Below are positions 19,121 to 28,770 of a stretch of DNA of 64,000 nt, piece by piece (the first letter of the stretch is position 1; every line of letters starts with the position of its first letter). The translations under genes were made by a program, and so were the position numbers. This stretch comes from Candidatus Latescibacterota bacterium. GTDB taxonomy: Bacteria > Latescibacterota > UBA2968. The stretch covers positions 3,200,001-3,264,000 of the forward strand of contig OZ242010.1 of assembly GCA_965204745.1 (NCBI GenBank), in the 5' to 3' direction. Under the pieces are notes generated by a model. That model was not told the DNA's origin. It saw nothing but the letters and a program-made list of their open reading frames with translations, and did not search any database.

Positions 19121-20776
19121 ATGAAATACCGAATCGTCTTTTTACTATTAGGTGTGTTCTTTTCCACCTGTGACGCGATGGCGCGAGACACGTTGCGCTT
19201 TGGGCGCGTGCGCCAGGGCCATACCGCGCTCGACACGCTCCGCATCCCAAACATAGACGTGACCGCACTGATGATTTCCAACCCGCGCGTTTCCAACCCC
19301 GCGTTTTTGCCCGCCGCGCCGTTGCCGTCCACCCCATTGACGGGGACGCCGGCCACGCCCTTGACCGGCGTGACGATTGAACCCAATGGCGAGGGATTTC
19401 TGCCGATTTCATTTATCCCCAACGCACTCGACACCTTCATCGCCAAGCTGATAATGGATACAAACCGAGGCATCCGCAACTGGGTGCTCTCCGGCGAAGG
19501 CGTGGAAGAGGTCGTCGTGATCAACGAAATCCTCGCGGACCCGCCGTCGGATGCGGGCGATGCCAACCGCGACGGAGGTCGGGATAGCAATGAGGATGAG
19601 TTTGTGGAAATCCTAAACACCGGCTTGAGGCCGATCAATATCGGCGGGTGGCAATTGTCAGACCGCAACTCACGCGGGCCATTCGCTTTTCCCGATACCA
19701 CTTGGATCGGGCCGGGAGAATACATCGTCCTCTTTGGCGGCGGAACGCCAACGGGCTTCACAGGTCAGGTTTTCGTGGATGATGGCAAAATCGGTGGAGG
19801 ATTGACCAATTCGAGAGATACAATATTTCTGATCAACCCGGCTTCAAACGATACGCTTGCAAGCGCGGGATGGGGCCGTGAGGGGGGCAACGATCAATCC
19901 CTCGTGCGGTATCCCGAAGGCATCGGCGAGTGGGTATTGCACACGGAATTACCGGGCACGGGCGAGAAGTTTTCGCCGGGCAGGGCCAGAGCATTGCGCG
20001 TTCAGCGACGGGGCGATCTCAATGGCGATGAGAAAATTGACCTGATAGACGCGGTGCGGCTGGTTCACATCATTCTCGGCGTCCCGCCCGCGAGCACGGC
20101 ACTCGAAAGATGGGCCGCGGATGTGAACGAAAGCGGCGGTCTCGACATCCGCGACCTGATCGCCCTGATTGCCCGATTTACGGGCCTGAGTTCTTCATCG
20201 GGCAAAGTAGCTGTCGCGCCGCTCGAAGGCTGGTGGTGGGAGGCCGATGGGCAAGTTTGGATGCAAACCAACCGGCCCGTGCATGTCGTGGTGGGCAAAC
20301 TGGCGGGCGAAAACGCGCATTTCGACGCGCGGTCCGAATGGATAGCCGCCGTGGCCGAACGGGATTTTGTGCTCGGTAGCGCGAATCGCAACGGCTTTGG
20401 GGACGCGCCCAATCCCTTGGGCAATATCCGCGGCGAGATCGCGTATTTGGAAGTCTATACGCTCTCGGGCGTCTCGGCGCGCTTGTCGCCCAAACCGAAA
20501 ACCTCCGGGATTCGGTCCAGTTTTCCCAACCCCTTCAATCCGGATACGGTCATCGAATACGAAATCGCACACCGCACCCGAATCACCCTGAGCATCTTCA
20601 CCCCCACGGGCCAAGAAATCGCGCGCTTAGTCGATCAAGTCGCGTTCCCCGGGCAATACCGCAAGGTCTGGAATGGCCGCGACGCCAAAGGGCGGCCCGT
20701 CGCCTCGGGCGTCTATATCGCGCGGTTGAGCGGTGCGAATTTTCACGCAACCCGAAAACTGGTTCTCCTAAAATGA
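19121..20776 (+). CDS. Secreted lamin-tail-domain + dockerin + FlgD-Ig/T9SS-like C-terminal protein
   Basis: Signal peptide MKYRIVFLLLG; LTD (VVINEILADPP..DANRDG..DEFVEI.N...GWQLSD); dockerin GDLNGDEKIDLIDAV...ADVNESGGLDIRDLI; C-term FPNPFNP...WNGRDAKGRPVASGVY. Confidence 0.88.
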   Translation: MKYRIVFLLLGVFFSTCDAMARDTLRFGRVRQGHTALDTLRIPNIDVTALMISNPRVSNPAFLPAAPLPSTPLTGTPATPLTGVTIEPNGEGFLPISFIPNALDTFIAKLIMDTNRGIRNWVLSGEGVEEVVVINEILADPPSDAGDANRDGGRDSNEDEFVEILNTGLRPINIGGWQLSDRNSRGPFAFPDTTWIGPGEYIVLFGGGTPTGFTGQVFVDDGKIGGGLTNSRDTIFLINPASNDTLASAGWGREGGNDQSLVRYPEGIGEWVLHTELPGTGEKFSPGRARALRVQRRGDLNGDEKIDLIDAVRLVHIILGVPPASTALERWAADVNESGGLDIRDLIALIARFTGLSSSSGKVAVAPLEGWWWEADGQVWMQTNRPVHVVVGKLAGENAHFDARSEWIAAVAERDFVLGSANRNGFGDAPNPLGNIRGEIAYLEVYTLSGVSARLSPKPKTSGIRSSFPNPFNPDTVIEYEIAHRTRITLSIFTPTGQEIARLVDQVAFPGQYRKVWNGRDAKGRPVASGVYIARLSGANFHATRKLVLLK

Positions 20777-23700
20777 AATACGTCTCGGTGGTGATCACAT
20801 TGTTTTGCGCGAGCCATCTCGTTGCGGCAGAGACGCGGCTGACCCTTGCCGAGACCGTCGGCGCGCCGGGGGATACCGTGGCCGTGCCCATTGTCCTGTC
20901 GAACACGCAGGCCATTTCCGGCATCAGCTTCTCCCTCGAATACGCCCCATCGGCGATCTCGTTCCTGCGAATCGAACAAACCGACATTGCCCTGACGCCT
21001 TTCGTGCGCGAAAACGCGCCCCAGATCCACTTCGTTTTTTTGGATACAATATCCGCCCAAGTGCTGGCAACAGGGGAACATGAACTGGGTCACTTAATGT
21101 TTGCCATCAAGGAAAACGCGGCCGTCGGCAAGGCCGCGCTGACGCTCAGCAACTTGGATTTGACAGACGAAAACCTTCCCCCCGAGCGCGTGCAGGGCAT
21201 TGCAGAATCCGCCGGCATTTGGATTACGACAAACGGGCTTCGGCTGGGCACTGCGGAGTGGGTATCCCAAAAAAAGGTCAAAGTGGATTTGAACCTCGTA
21301 ACCGACACCCCGATTTCAGGCATCCAATTCTCGCTGCTATGGCACGCGACCACGCTGGCGTATGACACCACATCCACAACCACATCTTGGCGGGTTTTCA
21401 GCCATGAACCCGATGAGCGCAGCGTGCGACTTGTCGCCGCGGATTTCACAGGCGAGCGAGCGTTCAGCAGCGATACCGCGCCCGTGGTTTCCGTGCATTT
21501 TCGCTCTCTCCCGAATCAAAACGATCCGCAGATTCTCGGGCTCGAACTCGGCGATGTGCTGATGACGGATCGCGCTGGCGAAAGCGTGCCCGTTCTCTCG
21601 AGCAATGGCGAGATCGACACGGCCCTGCGCCCTGCGCGTCCAGCGGTTTCTTTTGACGACTTGCACATCGAAGAAATCCTCTCTGACCCCGCGTCGAGCG
21701 AACAGGGCGACGCCAACCGCGACGGCACGCGCCATAGCCGAGAGGACGAATTTATCGAACTGGTCAATCGCGGCGATCAACCCATTGACCTCTCCTGCTT
21801 TTTGCTCTCGGACGACGATGTGTCCCCCGACAAAATGTTTGAATTTCCCGACAGCACAATCATCGCGCCCGGAGAACGCATCGTCCTATTCGGCGGCGGT
21901 CAACCGCAAGGCATTCCCGGGCAGGTCTATACAGACGATGGTAGCATTGGCAATGGCCTGACCAACTCGGGCGACATCATCGTGCTCATCGATCCAGCGT
22001 CGAGAGACACGCTACTCATCGTCGCGTTTGAATCGAATGCGAAAGATCAATCCCTCGTTCAACAGGACGGAACATGGGTCGGTCACAGCACCTTATACAC
22101 CGGGCGTTTTTCTCCGGGCGCGGCGTCACAACCGATTGATACATCTGATAATGATGAGTCAGATGAGAACGCGGATGAAAACGCAGGCGATGAACCAACG
22201 GATGAACCAACGGATGAACCAACGGATGAACCAACGGATGAACCAACGGATGGCAACGCGAATGGGAACCCGGGCGATCAACCAACCGATGCGAAAACGA
22301 ATCGGGATATCCGAGGATTGCACATCGAAGAAATTCACGCTGATCCCGCGTCGAGCGAACAGGGCGATGCCAACCGCGACGGCACGCGCCACAGCCGAGA
22401 GGACGAATTTATCGAACTGGTCAATCGCGGCGATCAACCCATTGACCTCTCCGGCTATCTGCTCTCGGACGACGATGTGGCCCTCGACAAAATGTTTGAA
22501 TTTCCCGACAGCACCATGATCGCGCCCGGAGAACGCATCGTCCTATTTGGCGGGGGTCAACCGCAGGGCATTCCCGGGCAGGTCTATACAGACGATGGTA
22601 GCATAGGCAATGGGCTGACCAATTCGGGCGATGTCATCGTGCTCATCAACCCGGCGACGAGGGACACGCTGCTCAGCGTCGCGTATCAATCCAAAGCAAA
22701 AGATCAATCCCTCGTTCAACAGGACGGAGCGTGGATCGGTCACAGCACCTTATACACCGGGCGTTTCTCCCCGGGCGCGGCGTCTCAACCGATTGATACA
22801 TCGGATAGTGACAGCGATGAATCAACCGATACGAGTGGCGAAGCAACCGATGAGAAAACGAGCGTAAATATCCAAGGGTTACACATCGAAGAAATCCACG
22901 CGGCCCCTGCGTCGAGCGAACAAGGCGATGCAAATGGCGATGGGGTGCGCCACGGTCAAGAAGATGAATTTATCGAACTGGTCAATCGCGGCGATCAACC
23001 CATTGACCTCTCCGGCTATCTGCTCTCGGACGACGATGTCGCGCTCAATGACATGTTCAGATTTCCCGATAGCACCACAATCGCGCCCGGAGAACGCATC
23101 GTCCTATTCGGCGGCGGTCAACCGCAGGGCATTCCCGGACAGGTCTATACAGACGATGGTTGCATAGGCAACTGCTTGATCAACGCGGGCGACGTCATTG
23201 TGCTCATCGATCCAACTGCGGGTGATACTTTGCTCGCTGTCGCGTTTGAATCGAATGCGAAAGATCAATCCCTCGTTCAGATGGACGGAGCGTGGGTCGG
23301 CCACAGCACCTTATACACCGGGCGTTTCTCCCCGGGCGCGGCGTCTCAACCGATTGATACATCGGATAATGGCGAGTCAGATGAAAACGCGGATGAAAAC
23401 GCAGGCGATGAACCAACGGATGGCAACGCGAATGAGAACCCGGGCGATCAACCAACCGATGCGAAAACGAATCGGGATATCCGAGGATTGCACATCGCAG
23501 AAATCCACGCGGACCCCGCGTCGAGCGAACAAGGCGATGCAAATGGCGATGGGGTGCGCCACGGTCAAGAAGATGAATTTATCGAACTGGTCAATCGCGG
23601 CGATCAACCCATTGACCTCTCCGGCTATCTGCTCTCGGATGACGATGTGGCCCTCGACAAAATGTTTGAATTTCCCGACAGCACAATTATCGCGCCGGGA

Positions 23701-26526
23701 GAACGCATCGTCCTATTTGGCGGGGGTCAACCGCAGGGCATTCCCGGGCAGGTCTATACGGACGATGGCAGCATTGGCAATGGCCTGACAAACTCGGGTG
23801 ATGTCATTGTGCTCATCAACCCAGCGACAGGGGACACGCTACTCAGCGTGGAATATCAATCCAATGCAACCGATCAATCCCTCGTTCAACAGGACGGAGC
23901 GTGGGTCGGTCACAGCACCTTATACACCGGGCGTTTCTCCCCGGGCGCGGCGTCTCAACCGATTGATACATCTGATAATGGCGAGTCAGATGAAAACGCG
24001 GATGAAAACGCAGGCGATGAACCAACGGATGGCAACGCGAATGGGAACCCGGGCGAGCAACCCACCGATGCGAAAACGAATCGGGATATCCGAGGATTGC
24101 ACATTGCAGAAATCCACGCGGACCCTGCGTCGAGCGAACAGGGCGATGCAAATGGCGACGGCACGCGCCACAGCCGAGAGGACGAATTTATCGAACTGGT
24201 CAATCGCGGTGATCAACCGATTGACCTCTCCGGCTATCTGCTCTCAGATGACGATGTCGCGCTCGACAAAATGTTTGAATTTCCCGGTGGCACCACAATC
24301 GCGCCGGGAGAACGCATCGTCCTATTTGGCGGCGGTCAACCGCAGGGCATTCCCGGGCAGGTCTATACAGACGACGGTAGCATAGGCAATGGGCTGACCA
24401 ACTCGGGCGATGTCATTGTGCTCATCAATCCAGCGACGAGGGACACGCTACTCATCGTCGCGTATCAATCCAAAGCAAAAGATCAATCCCTCGTTCAGAT
24501 AGACAGAGCGTGGGTCGGTCACAGCACCTTATACACCGGGCGTTTTTCACCGGGCACGGCGTCACAACCGATTGATACATCTGATAGTGACAGCGATGAA
24601 GCAACCGATACGAGTGGCGAATCAACCGATGAGAAAACGAGCGTAAATATCCAAGGGTTACACATCGAAGAAATCCACGCGGCCCCTGCGTCGAGCGAAC
24701 AAGGCGATGCAAATGGCGATGGGGTGCGCCACGGTCAAGAAGACGAATTTATCGAACTGGTCAATCGCGGCGATCAACCGATTGACCTCTCCGGCTATCT
24801 GCTCTCAGATGACGATGTCGCGCTCAATGACATGTTCAGATTTCCCGATAGCACCACAATCGCGCCGGGAGAACGCATCGTCCTATTCGGCGGTGGTCAA
24901 CCGCAGGGCATTCCCGGACAGGTCTATACAGACGATGGTTGCATAGGCAACTGCTTGATCAACTCGGGCGACGTCATTGTGCTCATCGATCCAACTGCGG
25001 GTGATACTTTGCTCGCTGTCGCGTTTGAATCGAATGCGAAAGATCAATCCCTCGTTCAACAGGACGGAGCGTGGGTCGGTCACAGCACCTTATACACCGG
25101 ACTTTTCTCCCCGGGCGCGGCGTCTCAACCGATTGATACATCTGATAATGGCGAGTCAGATGAAAACGCAGGCGATGAACCAACGGATGGGAACAGTGGC
25201 GACGGATCAACCGATACCGGCGACGGATCAACCGATGATCCAGAAAATGTGGTTTCTACGCCTGATTCAACAGCGAGCGAACCCACTGAACCGGCGAATA
25301 GCCCACCGCGCTTTTTGTCCGTGGCGGATACCCTCGCACTGGTGGGATTGGCTTTTCAATACGCGCCGCGCGTTCACGACCCGGATGGGGATGCGCTCGA
25401 GTTGCGCGTGCATCAACCGCTCGCGTGGTTGCGCTGGGATGGCGAGCGGCTGGTCGGGTTGCCCGCAGAGCGCGACACGGGCCGCGTCCGCGTGGTGCTC
25501 TGGGTGAGCGATAGCCGCGATTCGGTCTCGCATTCGGTATCCGTGCGCGTCCTCTCGCTTCGCGCCCAACTCGACGCCATCGGCCCCATCTACCAATCCA
25601 TGACATGGCGGCATCAAATCGACATACCCCCCGGCGTTCAAGTCCAAGTTGATGGCGGCCCGGAATGGCACGACCGCAGTCTAATTTGGAAGCCGCAAAG
25701 AGTCGGAACACATCCCGCGACCATCGCACTCAGCACCGAGCACGGCGACGAACTCTTTTTTACCATGTCCATTGCTGTCTGGCCCAAACCCGCCTTAAAA
25801 TTGCACTCGGTCCTCGTTGAACCCCAGCGCGACGTCAACGGCGATGGCAGGGTTGACGCATTGGAAGATCAATACGTCACAATCGAAAATTTTGGCACTA
25901 TGCCCATCGACATATCCGGTTGGCTACTCGGGGATGACGACGGTGCTTTGACGCGCTTGCCAGCCGGCACAGTGTTGGCCGCGGCGGATCGGCTCGTGCT
26001 GGTCGGCAACATTCAACCCGTGCCCACAGAGCGCGTCTTCTCTGCCGGCGGGCGCATCGGGAATGGCTTGGCAAAATCCGACCGCATCCTCCTCATCGCG
26101 CCCGTGGGGCCAGACACCTTGATCAACATGCGTTATACGAGCAACACCCCGGGACAACCGATTGTCTTTCAAGACGGGCAAAGCGTTGACACGCCTCCGG
26201 CCGATGATCCCGAATCCCGCGAGGACGAGGCAGACGATACGCGCCAAACAGATCGCAAACGGGTCATCCATCCATCTCCCAATCCATTCAATTCTGCGAC
26301 GCGCTTTGGTTTTTACACCGCAGGCGGCCCGGTTCACCTGACGGTGTACAATGTTCTTGGGCAGCCCGTCCGCCGATTAGTCCACCGCGATTTGCCCGCC
26401 GGCTATCATCAGCGAATATGGGATGGCACGAATGATTCCGGAATGGCCGTGAGTTCTGGGGTCTATCTGGTCTATCTGAAAGATCGGGAAGCGACATTGA
26501 TACAGCGAGTCGCGTTGTTGAGGTGA
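20773..26526 (+). CDS. Large secreted scaffold: 2 cohesin-like domains, 6 near-identical + 1 divergent lamin-tail domains, Ig-like domain, FlgD-like C-terminus
   Basis: ATG overlaps the upstream stop; signal peptide; cohesin-like GAPGDTVAVPIVLSN..ISGISFSLEY and ISGIQFSL; repeats LHIxEIHADPASSEQGDAN.DG..EDEFIELVN; NSPPRFLS..DPDGD; PNPFNS...WDGTNDSGMAVSSGVY. Confidence 0.88.
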   Translation: MKYVSVVITLFCASHLVAAETRLTLAETVGAPGDTVAVPIVLSNTQAISGISFSLEYAPSAISFLRIEQTDIALTPFVRENAPQIHFVFLDTISAQVLATGEHELGHLMFAIKENAAVGKAALTLSNLDLTDENLPPERVQGIAESAGIWITTNGLRLGTAEWVSQKKVKVDLNLVTDTPISGIQFSLLWHATTLAYDTTSTTTSWRVFSHEPDERSVRLVAADFTGERAFSSDTAPVVSVHFRSLPNQNDPQILGLELGDVLMTDRAGESVPVLSSNGEIDTALRPARPAVSFDDLHIEEILSDPASSEQGDANRDGTRHSREDEFIELVNRGDQPIDLSCFLLSDDDVSPDKMFEFPDSTIIAPGERIVLFGGGQPQGIPGQVYTDDGSIGNGLTNSGDIIVLIDPASRDTLLIVAFESNAKDQSLVQQDGTWVGHSTLYTGRFSPGAASQPIDTSDNDESDENADENAGDEPTDEPTDEPTDEPTDEPTDGNANGNPGDQPTDAKTNRDIRGLHIEEIHADPASSEQGDANRDGTRHSREDEFIELVNRGDQPIDLSGYLLSDDDVALDKMFEFPDSTMIAPGERIVLFGGGQPQGIPGQVYTDDGSIGNGLTNSGDVIVLINPATRDTLLSVAYQSKAKDQSLVQQDGAWIGHSTLYTGRFSPGAASQPIDTSDSDSDESTDTSGEATDEKTSVNIQGLHIEEIHAAPASSEQGDANGDGVRHGQEDEFIELVNRGDQPIDLSGYLLSDDDVALNDMFRFPDSTTIAPGERIVLFGGGQPQGIPGQVYTDDGCIGNCLINAGDVIVLIDPTAGDTLLAVAFESNAKDQSLVQMDGAWVGHSTLYTGRFSPGAASQPIDTSDNGESDENADENAGDEPTDGNANENPGDQPTDAKTNRDIRGLHIAEIHADPASSEQGDANGDGVRHGQEDEFIELVNRGDQPIDLSGYLLSDDDVALDKMFEFPDSTIIAPGERIVLFGGGQPQGIPGQVYTDDGSIGNGLTNSGDVIVLINPATGDTLLSVEYQSNATDQSLVQQDGAWVGHSTLYTGRFSPGAASQPIDTSDNGESDENADENAGDEPTDGNANGNPGEQPTDAKTNRDIRGLHIAEIHADPASSEQGDANGDGTRHSREDEFIELVNRGDQPIDLSGYLLSDDDVALDKMFEFPGGTTIAPGERIVLFGGGQPQGIPGQVYTDDGSIGNGLTNSGDVIVLINPATRDTLLIVAYQSKAKDQSLVQIDRAWVGHSTLYTGRFSPGTASQPIDTSDSDSDEATDTSGESTDEKTSVNIQGLHIEEIHAAPASSEQGDANGDGVRHGQEDEFIELVNRGDQPIDLSGYLLSDDDVALNDMFRFPDSTTIAPGERIVLFGGGQPQGIPGQVYTDDGCIGNCLINSGDVIVLIDPTAGDTLLAVAFESNAKDQSLVQQDGAWVGHSTLYTGLFSPGAASQPIDTSDNGESDENAGDEPTDGNSGDGSTDTGDGSTDDPENVVSTPDSTASEPTEPANSPPRFLSVADTLALVGLAFQYAPRVHDPDGDALELRVHQPLAWLRWDGERLVGLPAERDTGRVRVVLWVSDSRDSVSHSVSVRVLSLRAQLDAIGPIYQSMTWRHQIDIPPGVQVQVDGGPEWHDRSLIWKPQRVGTHPATIALSTEHGDELFFTMSIAVWPKPALKLHSVLVEPQRDVNGDGRVDALEDQYVTIENFGTMPIDISGWLLGDDDGALTRLPAGTVLAAADRLVLVGNIQPVPTERVFSAGGRIGNGLAKSDRILLIAPVGPDTLINMRYTSNTPGQPIVFQDGQSVDTPPADDPESREDEADDTRQTDRKRVIHPSPNPFNSATRFGFYTAGGPVHLTVYNVLGQPVRRLVHRDLPAGYHQRIWDGTNDSGMAVSSGVYLVYLKDREATLIQRVALLR
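22189..22251 (+). repeat. 12-bp VNTR (GATGAACCAACG)x5 encoding (DEPT)5 linker
   Basis: Direct reading; present as a single copy in the other linkers. Confidence 0.85.
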
Positions 26527-26528
26527 AT

Positions 26529-26576
26529 AAGCGGTAAGAGGTGAGACGCAAGAAGCGGTAAGAGGTGAGACGCAAG
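26529..26576. repeat. 24-bp direct repeat x2 built from the heptamer family
   Basis: AAGCGGTAAGAGGTGAGACGCAAG twice, right after the stop codon. Confidence 0.8.
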
Positions 26577-26737
26577 AGGGAAGAAGGCCGACCAGCCGCC
26601 CAAAAGGTGAGACGTGAGATCGTAGGGGCGTGGCCCCTGTGCCCGCTTGAAGTGAGAAGGCCATCTCGTCCCCAACTCCCAAGCGGTTAGCGGTGAGTTG
26701 AACGCTGATAGCTACCCATAGAAAGGAGGTGAACAAA

Positions 26738-27004
26738 ATGGCGCAGCCAGAAATCACATTTCGTCATGGTCCGTGCAGTGCTTCGATCTTTGAAAATGAA
26801 TACACCCGCGGCGGTGAATCCTTCACCGTGCGGACGGTTTCATTTCAACGGAGCTATTTGGACAAGGAGGGAACTTGGCAGAGAACCAATAGCCTGAAGG
26901 TGAACGACATTCCCAAAGCCGTGTTGGTGTTGAACAAAGCGTATGAGTTTTTGACATCGACCGGTCAGGCCGAAGCAGAGGTCAATGCTGCCGCGGCAGA
27001 TTGA
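26738..27004 (+). CDS. Small putative single-stranded nucleic-acid-binding protein (PC4/SpoVG-like)
   Basis: Strong AAAGGAGGT RBS; P...FR.G..SASIFEN......TVSFQRSYLDKEG.WQ.TNSL..NDIPKA..VL.KAYEFL (beta-rich then helix); function inferred. Confidence 0.75.
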   Translation: MAQPEITFRHGPCSASIFENEYTRGGESFTVRTVSFQRSYLDKEGTWQRTNSLKVNDIPKAVLVLNKAYEFLTSTGQAEAEVNAAAAD

Positions 27005-27006
27005 TA

Positions 27007-27150
27007 GGGACCGATCCCCTCTCCGCTTCGTCGTAGAGCCTGCGCTGGAATGCTGTAATCCAGCACTACGCGAAAGGTGGGAGAACATCTCCTCTCCTCG
27101 CACAGGCGTCGCCTACAACGGATCGCAACGAGTAATCGGGAAGGGGTCCT
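27007..27150 (+). ncRNA. Candidate structured RNA (multi-stem, ~145 nt)
   Basis: Nested pairings by eye: GGGACC/GGTCCT, CCTCTCCG/CGGGAAGG, TTCGTCGTAG/CTACAACGGA, GCCTGCG/CGCACAGGC; apical hairpins GCTGGA/TCCAGC, C-GAAA-G, GGAGA/TCTCC; ends at a terminator. Confidence 0.5.
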
Positions 27151-27158
27151 GACAAAAC

Positions 27159-27191
27159 AAAAAGGTCCAGCTTTTGGCTGGACCTTTTTTT
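27159..27191. terminator. Bidirectional intrinsic terminator
   Basis: AAAAAGGTCCAGC-TTTTG-GCTGGACCTTTTTTT. Confidence 0.88.
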
Positions 27192-27213
27192 ACAATATCG
27201 CTTATTTTTTAAT

Positions 27214-28293
27214 TAGGACTTACGCCAGGGTCATTGGTATCGCCGGTGTTTTGAGTTGTTGTCTCAAATAATCCTCCCATAAGCCATGTTTGACTTGATA
27301 GATGGTTTGTCCAGTCTGATAGGCGACTTGGGTCAGTCGTCCCCAAACGAGAAAGGCACACGCGATGTGGTTTCGCACAATGCGTGCCAATCGGCATTGA
27401 CACTTTTCAAGCCCCGTTACCTGTTTTGCTTCCCGGTGAACTTGCTCAATCTTCCAACGCAAGTGGCACACCGCTTGTGCCACTGACGGGTCGGTTTGAG
27501 TCAAGTCGTTGGTTACGATATACGCCGTGCGTCTCGTCGCAGACGCGACCCGGAATACGTTCACCTTGTGGTTTTTAGGGAACCCTCTGAGTTTCATGCG
27601 TTTTCCTGTGGCCTGTTCGCGTTTTGTCCAAGTTAAGGCATCGACCCGTTGATAGGGGTTTTCACCTGACGAATCGTCCACGAGGCGATTCTTTTTGATA
27701 GGACAGTAATAGGTCTTTTGCAAGTGCTCAATGTGAAGCATGACCGCTTTGGTGGCATACCAAGTATCCATCACCACTCGCTCAAAAGGCAGTTTTTTGT
27801 GATAGACCAAGAGTGACAACATCTCTTTGACGTGGTCTAACTTGGTTTTTCCATCCCCTTGCGGATCGTAAATGCGATAGTCAATCAGCCAAAACCGATC
27901 TTGAATCGGATTGACATACACACACGTCACCACACCGATCCCCGAGATGACCCCCTTCGCATTGCCACTGTATTGCCGACGCACGAGAGCCATCTTTTTG
28001 GCATAGCGCTTATCTAAGACCGTGTCATCAAAGAGAATTACGCCCTTTGCGGTCGACGTGAGGTGGGGTTTGACGTTTTTCCAGATCACACGCGGCGAGA
28101 CGCGATCCCCACCCAGATAGCGGTTGAGCATATCATGCGTGAACCGGTCGCTGTGATCTGCGAAATGAGTCAGGGTATAATTGAGCGGACTGCTAAGCAG
28201 ATACTGGCAGTAATCCAAGCGCGTTGGTTTCGCCATACAGACCTCCAAAGTGAGGATGGGGGTTCGATCCTGTTCTTTTTTGCGTAAGTCCTA
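27214..28293 (-). mobile_element. IS701-family insertion sequence, complete
   Basis: 12-bp perfect TIR TAGGACTTACGC (27214-27225) / GCGTAAGTCCTA (28282-28293); flanking direct repeat TTAAT (27209-27213, 28294-28298). Confidence 0.88.
27220..28236 (-). CDS. IS701-family DDE transposase
   Basis: TRLDYCQYLLSS, FDDTVLDK, QYSGNAK, VMDTWY, RWKIEQVHREAKQ; stop codon lies inside the TIR. Confidence 0.92.
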   Translation of the reverse strand: MAKPTRLDYCQYLLSSPLNYTLTHFADHSDRFTHDMLNRYLGGDRVSPRVIWKNVKPHLTSTAKGVILFDDTVLDKRYAKKMALVRRQYSGNAKGVISGIGVVTCVYVNPIQDRFWLIDYRIYDPQGDGKTKLDHVKEMLSLLVYHKKLPFERVVMDTWYATKAVMLHIEHLQKTYYCPIKKNRLVDDSSGENPYQRVDALTWTKREQATGKRMKLRGFPKNHKVNVFRVASATRRTAYIVTNDLTQTDPSVAQAVCHLRWKIEQVHREAKQVTGLEKCQCRLARIVRNHIACAFLVWGRLTQVAYQTGQTIYQVKHGLWEDYLRQQLKTPAIPMTLA

Positions 28294-28401
28294 TTAATGT
28301 GAATCGAATCTCGTTTCCCGTTAATTTTTCAAATTTAGCACTCGCTTCAAGTTCTCGTTGCAAGCCCTCTCCCCGCGGCCCCTGTGCGCGCCCGACCTAA
28401 A

Positions 28402-28468
28402 AAGCCCTCGCATAGCCTGGCCCCGAATCGATTCGTTCAGGGTCAGCATGCGAGGGCTTGTGTCGTTA
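28402..28468. repeat. Long hairpin of the ACAAGCCCTCGCA family at the 3' end of the Rpn array
   Basis: AAGCCCTCGCAT (28402-28413) / ATGCGAGGGCTT (28448-28459) with an inner stem; related to 45896-45955, 41125-41148, 50628-50647. Confidence 0.65.
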
Positions 28469-28479
28469 AGGGAATCGCG

Positions 28480-28770
28480 TCAGGCCACCGCATCCAACAC
28501 GCGCTGAAATGCCTCCAGATCATCCGCTTGCACCGCTACACGATACAACCGCTTGAGCCTCGGCAAATTGTCGATGGTCGCAATGCGACCGGCGAACTGG
28601 CCGGCCACACCCGCATCAAAGCGAATCGCCAACGCTTCTCGGATGCTCTCTTGGATACCACGCCTAATGCCCTGCTCGATGCCCTGCTCGATGAACTGTT
28701 CCTCGAACTCTTCCTGGATCCGTTTCTTAAGATATTGGGTAAACAATGACTCACGCATAATCGCGTCCAT
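28480..28770 (-). CDS. Stand-alone Rpn C-terminal small protein (Rpn_S-like), unit A, 96 aa
   Basis: CAGGAGGGTTTT-ATG start; MDAIMRES...EQGI x3...LAIRF...IDNLPRLKRL. Confidence 0.7.
   Translation of the reverse strand: MDAIMRESLFTQYLKKRIQEEFEEQFIEQGIEQGIRRGIQESIREALAIRFDAGVAGQFAGRIATIDNLPRLKRLYRVAVQADDLEAFQRVLDAVA

Noticed and set aside
27007-27150. Identification of the structured element as 6S RNA, SRP RNA, tmRNA or a riboswitch
   Set aside because: No SRP CAGG/GGAA/AGCA motif, no tRNA-like ends, no large central bubble, and it is 3' of the gene; left unassigned
28336-28362. CIRCE operator (TTAGCACTC)
   Set aside because: Only one half-site; no GAGTGCTAA at +9 and no chaperone gene adjacent
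28395-28472. Hairpin after the Rpn array as an integron attC site (TAAC ... TTAGGT)
   Set aside because: The right end lacks a proper GTTRRRY complementary to the left box, inter-unit spacers have no such site, and no integrase is present; kept only as a hairpin family
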